Shown here one piece after another: positions 44,949-57,102 of a stretch of 64,000 nt of DNA. A model generated the notes under the pieces. The model did no database searches and was not told where the DNA came from. It saw only the letters and a program-made list of their open reading frames with translations. The stretch is from Octopus vulgaris (Eukaryota). The stretch is taken from contig OX597834.1 of assembly GCA_951406725.2 (NCBI GenBank), positions 10,540,001-10,604,000 of the forward strand, written 5' to 3'. Numbering within the stretch: the first letter of the stretch is position 1; each line of letters begins with the position of its first letter. The position numbers were made by a program, and so were the translations under genes.

Positions 44949-45378
44949 GGATCTTTTCGGTTTGAACGGCAGTTTTTAACGTAAATTCTAGTTCACTAAA
45001 AAATGCTAAACTTCGTATACTGGTAGAATGTGTTTATAAAACATTTTTTCTCTTGGCTTTATTGAGACAATTCTATAGTTTGTAAGATATTTGTTTGTTT
45101 TTTCTTCAATTTCTGCAGTTTCAACCAATCACTGACGTCCATTGAGGTAAACAACATACTATGAGGTATGAATATGTCGCTCGTTTAAGAAACAGATTGG
45201 GTTTATTTAAATTTGTGAAGAAAAAAAGGTACCCTCCCCCCACCCCTAACCTCAAAACTAACTAACCCTAACCTTAAAATTGATTGAAATGCAATAGATC
45301 GATACTAGGGTCATAATTATGAGTGACAATTTCATATGACACCGCTAGAAAAAACTGCCGTTCAAACCGGAAAGATCC
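44949..45378 (+). mobile_element. Merlin-like MITE
   Basis: 8-bp TSD CAGTTTAG at 44941-44948 and 45379-45386. Confidence 0.92.
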
Positions 45379-45645
45379 CAGTTTAGTTCAGAAAATATGA
45401 GAGTCTATTGTAAAAGCAATGGATTCCGATTTTGAATTGTAAATATAAGTAAAATATTATCAAAAAAATTATATATTTGTTTTGCAAGATTCTTAATGTG
45501 AAATCGTGTGTTAAAACATATACTGTTGTATTTAGGAATGGTCATTTTACCAGTTTAGTCAATAAAAACACACGCACTATATATTTGGTGTGAATTTCCT
45601 TCAGTTTTATTTGATTTTTTTTACATTAAACTTAATCTTATTTCG

Positions 45646-45687
45646 ACCAGAGTTCTTTCGCCACAATCCTGTAACCTCGTCAGTGGT
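45646..45687 (-). ncRNA. Type-I hammerhead ribozyme motif with canonical core, within Penelope-like fragment 45478-45690
   Basis: ACCA-CUGACGA-G-GUUAC(AGGAUU)GUGGC-GAAA-G(AA)CUC-UGGU. Confidence 0.65.
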
Positions 45688-45724
45688 TATCAGTAGTTAG
45701 TAATCAAAAAATATAACAAACAAC

Positions 45725-48700
45725 GGATATTTTCCTTTTGAACGGCACTTTTCAACACAATTAGTAGTTAACTAAACACTTTTAAACTTCGTATACTGGT
45801 AAAATGTGTCAAAATAAAACATTTTTTGGATCTTTTCCTTTTGAACGGCACTTTTCAGCACAATTTCTAGTTAACTAAACACTTTTAAACTTCGTATACT
45901 GGTAGAATGTGTCAAAATAAAACATTTTTTTTTATCTTTTCCTTTTGAACGGCACATGTCAACACAATTTCTATTAACTAAACACTTTAAAACTTCGTAT
46001 ACTGGTAGAATGTGTCAAAATATAACATTTTTTTCTCTTGGCTTTCTTGAGAAAATTGTAATTTGTTTGTTTAACGTAGTTTAATTTTTCGAATTTGTGC
46101 AACAACTAATTCATTCGGTCGTGCAAATTGTTTGCACGGGAACCTTGCCCTGTTTGGCGGTTTTCCCCGTTTTTGTGGATCTGTTTTTCGGCTTTTTTTA
46201 GCCATTTCTGTCTTGGGCATGGCGTCTTCAAGACATGAAGTCGTCGTTGGAAAGAACGGTGGTCTCCTTGACAACGTTTACGACGTTGATTTCCTTACAC
46301 ACCCTTCACCACAGCTTCACGTTGGAGGGAAGAAGGGGGAGAAGCTACACAGGTGCAGGTGTAAGCATGGACGCCAACTACGCCAGCAACACCACCACGA
46401 CCACCACGACCACGACCACCGCCGCTGCCACTACCACCTACGCCGTCGCTATTTCCACTGCCACCGCCGCCACTAACACTACCACCACTACCATACTATT
46501 ACCTCTGCTCTCTCCTTTTGGCTACTAAATCTATTACCATATTTCAAAAGTACCATCGCCATACAATATTGCCCTCAAAAGTTTGTGTTCGGATAATAAT
46601 TTTTATGTAAAAGTTGTGCAACAACTAAAACATTCAGTCGTGCAAATTGCTTGCACGGGAAACCTGCCCTGTGTGGCGTGTTTCCCGAGTTTGTGTCTCT
46701 GGTTTCGGCTTTTTTAGCCATTTCTGTTTTGACGATGGCGACTTGAAGCCTTGAAGTCGTCGTTGAAAAGAAGGCTGGTCTCCTTAACAACGCTATAGGA
46801 CGTTGATTTCCTTACACTGCCTTCCCCACAGCTTCACGAAGGAGGGAGGAAGGGGAGGGAAGCAGCACAGGTGCAGGTGTTAGCATCGACGACAACACAC
46901 GAAAAGATTGGAAGAACCCAGACGACCGCTTCACAAGTCAACGACTACTACGGACACACACGCACACACGCACACATACGCACGCACGCACACACACACA
47001 CACAGACATGCACACACACACACACGCACACACGCACACACGCACATGCACACATACACGCACACACACACATACTCACACACACACGCACACACGAACG
47101 CACACACTCGCACACACACACGCACACACGCACACACGCACACACACATGCACACACACACACACACACGCACACACACGCACACTCATAAAAAGTCATA
47201 GAGCATCATTTAATGAAAAAAATTCAATGAATAAAAGTTATGGAACATCGCATCTAGAGACTACTAGCCATTTCCTTGAAGGTGCATGGCTCAGTGGATA
47301 GTGCGTTGAGCCTAACATCCTGGGACCTTTTCCTTTTGAACGGCACTTTTCAGCACAAGTTATAGTTAACTAAACACTTTTAAACTTTGTATACTGGTAG
47401 AATGTGTTTATAAAACATCATTTTTCTTGGCTTTATTAAGAAAATTATATAGGTTGTAACATATTTCCACTTTAAAATCGAGCGTTTCGGCAATTTTAAC
47501 CAATCAAATACGTCCATTTGGGGTGAAAACATTCCGTTCTGTATGAATATATCCCTCGTTTAAGAAACAGATTGGGTTTGTTTACATTTGCGAAGAAAAA
47601 AATATACCCTTCCCCCACTCCTAACCCTAACCCCACCCCACCCCTAACTCTAACTCTAACTAAACCTAACCCTAAAATAGATTTAAATGCAATAGATCGA
47701 TACTAGGGTTATAATTATGTGTGACATTTTCATTTGACACTGCTAGAAAAAAAATCCATTTTCCGTAGCGGTGTCGTATGAAATTGTCACCCATAATTAT
47801 AACCCTAGTATCGATCTATTGCATTTCAATCTGTTTTAGGGATAGGTTTAGAGTTATGGTTATGGTTAGGGTTAGGAGTGGGGGAAGGGTCTCTTTATTT
47901 CTTCGCAAATGTAAACAAACCCAATCTGTTTCTTACACGAGGGATATATTCATACAGCACGGTATGTTTTCACCCCAAATGGACGTATTTGATTGGTTAA
48001 AATTGCCGAAATGCTCGATTTTAAAGTGGAAATATGTTACAACCTATAGAATTTTCTCAATAAAGCCAAGAAAAAATGATGTTTTATAAACACATTCTAC
48101 CAGTATACGAAGTTTAAAAGTGTTTAGTTAACTATAACTTGTGTTGACATGTGCCGTTCAAAGGAAAAGGTCCCAGGATGGAAAAGGTCCCACTGAGCCA
48201 TGCACCTTCAAAGAAATGCTTAGAAGTCTCGAGCTGTGATGTTCCATAACTTCTATTCATTGAATTTTTGTCATTAAATGGTGCTCTATAACTTTTTATG
48301 AGTGTGCGTGTGTGTGCGTGTGTGCTTGTATGTGTGTGTGTGTGCGTGTGTGCGTGTGTGTGCGCGCGTGTGCGTGTGTGCGTGTGCGTGTGTGTGTGCG
48401 TGTGCGAGCGTATATGAGTGTGTGTGTGCGTGCGTGTGGTTGTGTGCGTGTGTATGTGTGTGTGTGTGTGTGTGCGTAGTAGTATTTGACTGTGAAGCTG
48501 TCGTCTGGATTCTTCCAATTTTTTCGTGTGTCGGTGGCGGTGGAGTTGGCGTCGATGCTCGCACCTGCACCTGTGTTGCTTCCCTCCCCTTCCTCCCTCC
48601 TTCGTGAAGCTGTGGTGAAGGCAGTGTAAGGAAATCAACGTCGTAAAGCGTTGTCAAGGAGACCAACGTTCTTTTCAACGACGACGTCATGGCTTGAAGA

Positions 48701-49592
48701 CACCATGCCCAAAACAGAAATGGCTAAAAAAGCCCGAAAGCAAATTCTACAAAATCGGGAAAAACCGCCACACAGGGAAGGTTTCCCGTGCAAAGAATTT
48801 GCACAACCGAATGTTTTAGTTGTTGCACAACTTTTACATAAAAAATGTTATCCAAACACAAACTTTTGAAGGCAATATTGTATGGCGATGGTACTTGTGA
48901 AATATGGTAATGGATTTAGTAGCGAAAAGGAGAGAGCAGAGGTAATAGTATGGTGGTGGTGGTATATGAAATAGCGACGGCGTAGGTGGTAGTGGCAGTG
49001 GTGGTGGTGGTGGTAGTGGTGGTTGTGGTGGTTATGATGGTGGCGGCGTTGGCGACCATACTCACACCTGCACCTGTGTAGCTCCTCCCCCTTTCCCCCC
49101 TCCCTCGTGAAGCTGTGGGGAAGGCAGTGTAAGGAAATCAACGTCGTAAGCGTTGTCAAGGAGACCACCGTTCTTTCCAACGACGACTTCTTGGCTTCGA
49201 GTCGCCCAAACAGAAAATGGCTAAAAAAGCCGAAAAACAAATTTATAAAAACGGGAAAACTGCCACAAGGGGAAGAGTTCCCGTGTAAACAATTTGCACA
49301 ACCGAATGAATTAGTTGTTGCACAAATTCGAAAAACTAAACTACGTTGAACAAACGAATTACAATTTTCTCAAGAAAGCCAAGGGGAAAAAATGTTGTAT
49401 TTTGACACCTTCTACCATAATACGAAGTTTTAAAGTGTTTAGTTAACTAGAAATTGTGGTGAAAAGTGCCGTTCAAAAGGAAAAGATCCAAAAAATGTTT
49501 TATTTTGACACATTCTACCAGTATACAAAGTTTTAAAGTGTTTAGTTAACTAGAAATTGTGCTGAAAGCTACCGTTCAAAAGGAAAAGATTC
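45725..49592. mobile_element. ~3.87-kb palindromic (foldback) Merlin-like non-autonomous transposon
   Basis: Termini GGATATTTTCCTTTTGAACGG / CCGTTCAAAAGGAAAAGATTC; TSD CAAACAAC at 45717-45724 and 49593-49600; arms mirror about ~47758; ~103-bp subterminal repeats (3 left, 2 right). Confidence 0.9.
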
Positions 49593-51106
49593 CAAACAAC
49601 TCCTAAATATTATGAACGAAATTCGGAAAATTTTTAGTTCAAGATAAAATTAATAATGGGCAAATATGACACACCCAGTGTAGCACACGCTTAATTAAAA
49701 ACGTGTCTTTGGCTGCACCATAAACAAATACTAATAAACTGTTTACTCACGCACGTAAAATGCAAATATGTATGTTGTGAGATGAATAACAATAGATCTG
49801 TGTCTATAACGCTATAGTTTGCCTAACTCATTTCGCATTATCTTATATACACTTCAAGCTACATCCTTCGAGAATTTTATACTACGTCCAAGTCGATAAA
49901 CGCATTTTAATCACTTTGAATGCTAGAAAAACAGAGAGTTGCTTCTTCAACACATTACAACTCTACTGGGAAACGCTAAATACTATAAAGCAATATGAAG
50001 TAATAATTCTAAATTGGCCACTAGTTATTGAACACATGTCGTTTATATTATACGAAAGAACGTTTAGCCTATTAGAAGAAAATCAATCTTTAGTTTACTT
50101 TAATTCACCTACCTCATTTCTACACTACATAGTATTCAGTATTCCTGTGGCTTTTTTTGGTTATTTATTTTATTTTCCGATTCTGTCACCACTGACATTA
50201 CTGTCTGTCAATAGTAATAAAGCTATGAGTTTGTTGTATTTGTTGGTGTTGTACGAACAATTTAATCATTAAGCGAGGGTTATCGCTTCAATTCAATAAA
50301 TCAACTGAGTCTTCCTACTTCATTTCACATCATTGTGTAAATTTCTAATTCTGATTAAAATATTTTTGTTTCTTTTCACCCTTGATTTACTTAAGTATAA
50401 CTTTGTTGATTTGATTATTTTCCCATTTCAAATGGCATTTAACTATTTAAAAATGCTGTCCATACATCTAAAATATATATAATCAAACCAAATGTTGTTG
50501 TTTTGACTATCTATTAAATGACTTCATTTATATTCATTATATGAGTCAAAAGTTTTTTGGTTTTTTTTATGTTTGAAATAAAATTCAAATACTGCAATTC
50601 AGTTTCCATAAGATAAAACCAAACACTGGAAAAATAAAAATAGCAAAATAAAAACATTTATATATAATTAAAAAAAAAAAACTAACAAACATGACCTTTG
50701 ATTTCAAAACAACAAAATGCAAAACAACAGACAAACAATGGTTCCAGTATACGTTATGTATTCATAAACATTATAAAGTAAATAAATATATAAATAGGCA
50801 ATACAAAATAGATGAATCTGGTTAAACTGTGATAAAATTGATAATCAATTCAGTGTTAATAACTTTAACGATTTTTTTTCTTCGGTTATTCCAATTTATT
50901 TCAGTTGATGGTTATCTCTATATTGGCTTCGTGTTTATTATTATTATTATTAGTACGAAGGCGATGGAGCAACAAATTTATTAGATTGTTGGACAATTTA
51001 CAAAATGGTATTTAGTAACTACCCTTTAACTGCCGAGATCAAATCTTTCCCAGGTCAAACTTTTCGTTCATTTTTTCAAGGGCGTGTAAAATATATGTAC
51101 CCCAAT

Positions 51107-51514
51107 CAGAAGTAGTTGTGTGGTAAGTAGCTTGCTTACCAACCACATGGTTCCGGGTTTATTCCCACTGCGTGGCACCTTGGCGACTGTCTTCTACTAT
51201 AGCCTCGGGCCGACCAAAGCCTCGTGAGTGGATTTGGTAGACGGAAACTGGAAGAAGCCCGTCGTATATATGTATGTATATGTATGTGTGTATATGTTTG
51301 TGTGTCTGTGTTTGTCCCCCTAGCATTGCTTGACAACCGATGGTGGTGTGTTTACGTCCCCGTAACTTAGCGGTTCAGCAAAAGAGTGTGATAGAATAAG
51401 TACTGGGCTTATAAAGAATAAGTCCCGGGGTCGATTTGCTCGACTAAAGGCGGTGCTCCAGCATGGCCGCAGTCAAATGACTGAAACAAGGAATAGAGTA
51501 AAGAGTAAAGAGTA
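51107..51514 (+). mobile_element. SINE family A
   Basis: Homologous to other copies; (AAAGAGT)n tail. Confidence 0.9.
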
Positions 51515-51950
51515 ATTAAATAATACAGTGAGTTTTAACGTGGATGACCATTTTTCAATTTTCCCGTATTATAAATTATTTGTGTGGTGATTTGATAGAA
51601 TGGTTATGGTATTTAGTCCCAAGTCTTTACATTAGGGGTTCAAATCCTGTCAAAGTTAGTTTTCCTCTCATTTCTCCAACAGTCAAATAATAGCGTCAGT
51701 TTTTTGAAGTATATACCCCATTCCCCGCTAAAAGAAGAATGTTGGGGAATTTTGCTTACGTTAGTAACGGATTTTGTAAATAGGACGGTGAAGCGACATT
51801 TTGCTTGCTGTGTTAGACTAATGCCTTGTAGTAATTAGTCACTGCATCTTACAGTTTAAGTTCACATCCCGCTGTTTGCAACTTCAGCCTTCTACCCTCA
51901 ATGGTCAATAAAATATATTGTAACATAATGGAGTCATTATAATTAATATC

Positions 51951-52251
51951 GTGGAGGCGCAATGGCCCAGTGGTTAGGGCAGCGGACTCACGGTCGGAGG
52001 ATCGCGGTTTCGAATTCCAGACCGGACGTTGTTTGCGTTTATTGAGCGAAAACACCTGAAAGCTCCACGAGGCTCCGGCAGGGGGTGGTGGCCACCCATG
52101 TTGTACTCTTTCGCTACAACTTTCTCTCACTCTCTCTTCCTGTTTCTTGAGTAACGCTGCGATGGACTGGCGTTCCGTCCAGCTGGGGGGAACACATACG
52201 CCACAGAAACCAGGGAACCGGGCCCATGCGCCTGGCTAGGCTTGAAAAGGG
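51951..52251 (+). mobile_element. SINE family C, full length
   Basis: tRNA-like A/B boxes; homologues at 18995, 53608 and 59779. Confidence 0.85.
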
Positions 52252-52794
52252 CAATGTTTATCGTTTTTATAATTAATATCTACATGTTCTTGAATTTTCA
52301 TTCATGAGTCAGTATTAGAAATCCTTATAAATAATATTTGGGCATTTATTTAACAACTTTATTAAAGTGTTAGTCTTAATAGCTTAGAGTAGTTGCATCT
52401 ATTTACATTTTGCTTTCGAACGGTGCGGCGATAAACTTTACTGCTCATACTTCCGGGTACATTAAATAAATTATCAGTCTGGTATTCGAGTCGACTTAAT
52501 CAACTGACATCTCCATCTAAATTTCATGCGTTGTTTTGCTTTTGAGAATAGCTATAATTAATATTTGAGCGATGATTTGATGAATTCTCTGAGTGTCCGT
52601 TTAAATATATTCTGGAAGTGAGCTGCAGAGATAAACTTTTGTATTGTTCTTGGGTCCACGAAATAAAATATCAGTCAAGCGTTATGTTCGATTTCATGAA
52701 AAGAACAAAATAAATAAACAAAACCTTCCCTGAATTCCGACTATAATATTATTTTCTACTCTAGGCATAAGGCCCAAAAAAAAAATAACAAAGT

Positions 52795-52855
52795 TGCATC
52801 GGCAGGAATCGAACCCGGGTCGCCCGCGTGACAGGCGAGCATTCAACCACTGGAC
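52795..52855 (-). pseudogene. tRNA-Gly(GCC)-derived pseudogene with a GTC anticodon
   Basis: CAGTGGTTGAATGCTCGCCT-GTC-ACGCGGGCGACCCGGGTTCGATTCCTGCCGATGCA; 5' acceptor strand missing; T-run downstream. Confidence 0.8.
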
Positions 52856-53607
52856 TGCTTATAATATTTAAGCTGTGGATAAGCTGAAAGAATCTTTACA
52901 GCACCGGGCGAAATGCTTAGTGGCATTCCATCCTTCTTTTCTTTTTGAGTTCAAACGCAGCAGAAGTCGACTTTAGCTTTTATCCTTTCGGGGTCGATAT
53001 AATAAGTACCAGTTGTGCACTGAGATCGATATAATCGATTTACACCCTTCCCGAAATTGTTGGTGTTGTGTCAAAATTTGAAACCAATATTAGACGGAGT
53101 GCTGGGCGAACAGTTTCAGGCATCCAGCCGATGAGTGTGATGAATAGCAATAGATTTGTTTCTATAACGCTACAGTTTGCCTCACTCATTTCGTAGTAAA
53201 ATGGATTAATAACATTTCTTCTGGCTCTTTGCATTCTGAATTAAAATTTCTTCGAGTTCAACTTGGCCCTTTTAGCCTTTCGGAATCGATAAGATAAATT
53301 ACCAATCAAGTACTGGGGACGAAATAATCGAGTAATATCCATCCTCGAAAACTGTTCATCTTGTGGCAAAATTAGGTAATCGGTTTGAGCGATGCAGTGG
53401 CACATCCGTTAGAGTGCCGGACTAAATAACTTGTGATAATAGCTCAAATCTACATCGGTGTTCAAATACTACGGAATTGACCTACGGGGTTGATAAAATA
53501 AATGTGCGATCATGTATTTCAATCGATTCAATCAAATAACCTGCACACTGTATCATTTTGGGTTCGTTCATATTTTTAGTAAATGCCTACTATAAATACT
53601 TGTGTGT

Positions 53608-53905
53608 AGGCACATGGCTTAGTGGTTAGGGCACCGGACTCGCGGTCGAGAGGTCGCGGATTCGAATTTCAAATCGGGCGATGTGTGTGTTTATGAGCGA
53701 AACACCTAAGCTCCACGCGGCTCCGGCAGAAGGTAATGGCGAACTTATGCTGACTCTTTCGCCACAACTTTCTCTCACTCTTTCCTCCTGCATCTTGCAG
53801 CTCACCTGCGACGGACCGGCGTCCCATCCAGGTGGGGAACCGATACGCCAAGGAAACCGGGAAAACCGGCCCTAATGAGCCAGGCGTGAATCGAGAAGGA
53901 ACAAA
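53608..53905 (+). mobile_element. SINE family C variant
   Basis: Shares GAGCGAAACACCTAAGCTCCACG..GGCTCCGGCAG and CAACTTTCTCTCACTC. Confidence 0.8.
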
Positions 53906-54606
53906 CATAAACACTTGTGCGGTGGAAGCGGCAAAATGGCGGGATCATAAGCACATCGAACAAATTACTCAGCAAGAATTCTTCCTGTTGTTTATGTTCT
54001 GATTTCTTATAATTTCGAGGTCAACTTTGCTTTCACATCTTTCCCGTGTCAACAAAATAAAGTACCAGTCACTTACTCTGTCTATATAATAGACTCGCCC
54101 CTTCTCCTCAAAACTGCTGACATCTTGCCAAAAGTTGAAGCTCATTGTTAGAAAAGTGGATCCACAAATTACTTATGCCCCAATATTAAGCATCACTATA
54201 AATATTATTACAGCATTTATTTAACAAATTAATTAATTAAAGTGTTGGAGGATGACACGTAAAATGAGGTAAAGAGACTTGGAAAATGAAGACTTTCGAG
54301 TCATACATATTTAAATATCATGTAAAACTTAACGGAAAACAGGATACGTGAATCAAGTGGCGTTGCCTGATGGGGCAGGTGGCAACACTTTCATATTTCA
54401 TTGCGTTCCTTTCATCATATACGTTTTCTAATTTTTTTTCTGGGTGTTATGTGTCCCCAACGTGTTGTAAGTCCTCTTCTGTGTAGCCCTTTATGGGTCA
54501 TAAAGGAAGATTTAATAAAGCGTTGGATTTAATGTCTTAGAGTAGAGACTTGCCTCAAGCTACATTCTGTTTTCAAACAATGCGGTGATAAACGTTGACG
54601 CTTATA

Positions 54607-54839
54607 AGGGCAGCGAGCTGGCAGAAACGTTAGCACGCCGGGCGAAATGCTTAGCCGTATTTCGTTTGCCGTTACGTTCTGAGTTCAAATTCCGCCGAGG
54701 TCGACTTTGCCTTTCATCTTTTCGGGGTCGATAAATTAAGTAACATTTACGCCACTGGGGTCGATGTAATCGACTTAATCCGTTTATCTGTCCTTATTTG
54801 TCCCCTCTGTGTTTGACCCCTTGTGGGTAATAAAAAGCA
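54607..54839 (+). mobile_element. SINE family B, full length
   Basis: 20-bp TSD GATAAACGTTGACGCTTATA at 54587-54606 and 54840-54859. Confidence 0.92.
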
Positions 54840-55915
54840 GATAAACGTTGACGCTTATACTATGCTTCCGGGAACATATATTAAATTCACAGACTTGTAT
54901 TCGAGTCGTTTTTAATCAAATGACCTCTCCCTCCCTCTACGTTCTGAGTTCAAATCTCATCAAAATCTGCTTTGACTCATCGTTCCGGACTTCTTGATAT
55001 AAAGCATCTACTTGATCTAAAGTATGTACTGCAATTGATTTTATCTACTTACCCTACCCTTTAAGTTTTTGGCTTTGTTCCAATATTCAGGGGGAGCAAA
55101 ATTGATAGCAAGAATATGGCTGTTGTTGTTGTTGTTATCATGATACTTTCTTCTACTGATTCTGATGTTTTTATGCCGATTGATGTTAGTGACGGCTGTT
55201 AATGTCGTTGAACGATGATGATGGTCGAGTTTGCTGTTTGTGATGATGTGATGGTATCGCTACCATCTTTTGTAGTTGTTATTTATGGATATTTACGTCA
55301 TTGATTGTAATCAAACAAACTTAAATTATCTTTAGCGTAAGTGAAATGAAATAGTTCAAATTAATCTTGCCAACGGAAGCGCATCGTCCCAAAAGCAATC
55401 ATGAAGTGTATATTGCCAATATATTTTTCTTTATTAGTTTTTTTCTTTTTGTATTAATTATAGTTATTATTTATAAACTTATTTGTGCTTGCTCTGATAT
55501 ATTATCTTGGACCTTATCTGGCACCAAACATGAAATTTTTATAAGTTTCGCTTTTGAAAATTCCAATAAATTTTGCGATTTAAGTATTAAAATCTAAAAT
55601 AAATTAAAACTCGATATTTTGACTTCAAGTTTTTTGAGGTCAGTCTTGTAATATATCAGTCTGTAGTAACACTTATGGTTAAATGGTAATTTTCATGACT
55701 CACACTTATATATTTTGTGCTTAAATATCAAATATAGCTTATATAAACGAACTCTAATAATAGTCCATGCGCCCGCGCGTATATATACATACGTGCACAA
55801 GCACTCATAAGAGCCCTGCTCCCATGAACGTAACCATATATGGATATAAATGAGAAGAAAGTACTGAATATAGCTGTATTTAATTAATTTTATATGCTTA
55901 AATTCAGGCAACACT

Positions 55916-56338
55916 CTCTTTTACTCTTTACTCTTTTACTTGTTTCAGTCATTTGACTGCGGCCATGCTGGAGCACCGCCTTTAATCGAGCAACTCGACC
56001 CCGGGACTTATTCTTTTTGTAAGCCCAGTACTTATTCTATCGGTCTCTTTTTGCCGAACCGCTAAGTGACGGGGACATAAACACACCAGCATCGGTTGTC
56101 AAGCAATGCTAGGGGGACAAACACAGACACACAAACACACACACGCATATATATATATATATATATACATATATACGACAGGCTTCTTTCAGTTTCCGTC
56201 TACCAAATCCACTCACAAGTCTTTGGTCGGCCCGAGGCTATAGTAGAAGACACTTGCCCAAGGTGCCACGCAGTGGGACTGAACCCGGAACCATGTGGTT
56301 GGTAAACAAGCTACTTACCACACAGCAACTCCTGCGCC
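55916..56338 (-). mobile_element. SINE family A, full length, flanked by a ~136-bp direct repeat
   Basis: Homologous to other copies; flanks 55780-55915 and 56339-56475 are near-duplicates. Confidence 0.9.
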
Positions 56339-57102
56339 TATATATACATACGTGCACAAACACTCATGGAAGCCCTGCTCCTATGAACGTAAACTTACAG
56401 AGATATAAATGAGAAGAAAGTACTGAATATAGCAGTAGTTAATTAATTTTAATGTGCTTAAATTCAGGCAACACTGTTAAGATATTGTTACGAACGAAGA
56501 ATTTTATTCAGTTGATAATTTCTCGTTCGTACCGCTCGAATACGAACACCGCTCTCTGGGTTTGCAAGCGAAGACGACAAAATAATCGTTTGTGGTCACG
56601 TGACTGTTTCAAGCGTATAGGCGGTATGATTTTGGGTTGTTTTTTACTGTTTGGGTGAACTATATTTAACAGAGTTATTTGTTGCCGGGAGTCAATGTGA
56701 ACAAGTGGTGACGCTGGTTCGAATCTGCTGGAAGACGATGTGTGATGTTGTCGTGCTGCTAGCAGATTTGAACGGTCTTGTGTAGTAATCGGTGCCAGTT
56801 TAATCAATGTGAGGCAGTGGAATGTCAGATGGTACCGGGTGGGTAATTCGCGTGGAACAGTCGAAACAATATTTGGTGTCGAGCGTGAATTTACTTTCGG
56901 CGATTAGTAGTGGACGGTTCGAACTTGGCAAAGCAAAGAATACGGAACGCTACGGTGAATTCGGAAATAATAACAGTGCAGTCGAAAAAGAAATAAAAGA
57001 AAATAAATCATGAGACAGGTGAATAAAAGAAGAGCTCACCAAAAGATGATTATACATTTCGGACGTAAATGAAAGAACTCTCTAAAAACCTCTAAAGAAC
57101 TG

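Noticed and set aside
45725-46050. ~103-bp direct repeats as a CRISPR-like array
   Set aside because: The whole unit is repeated, with no unique spacers; these are transposon subterminal repeats
46071-49349. Repeated TEMAKK / KEINVV ORFs as a transposase
   Set aside because: Short, frames differ between copies, and there is no DDE or Rep/helicase motif
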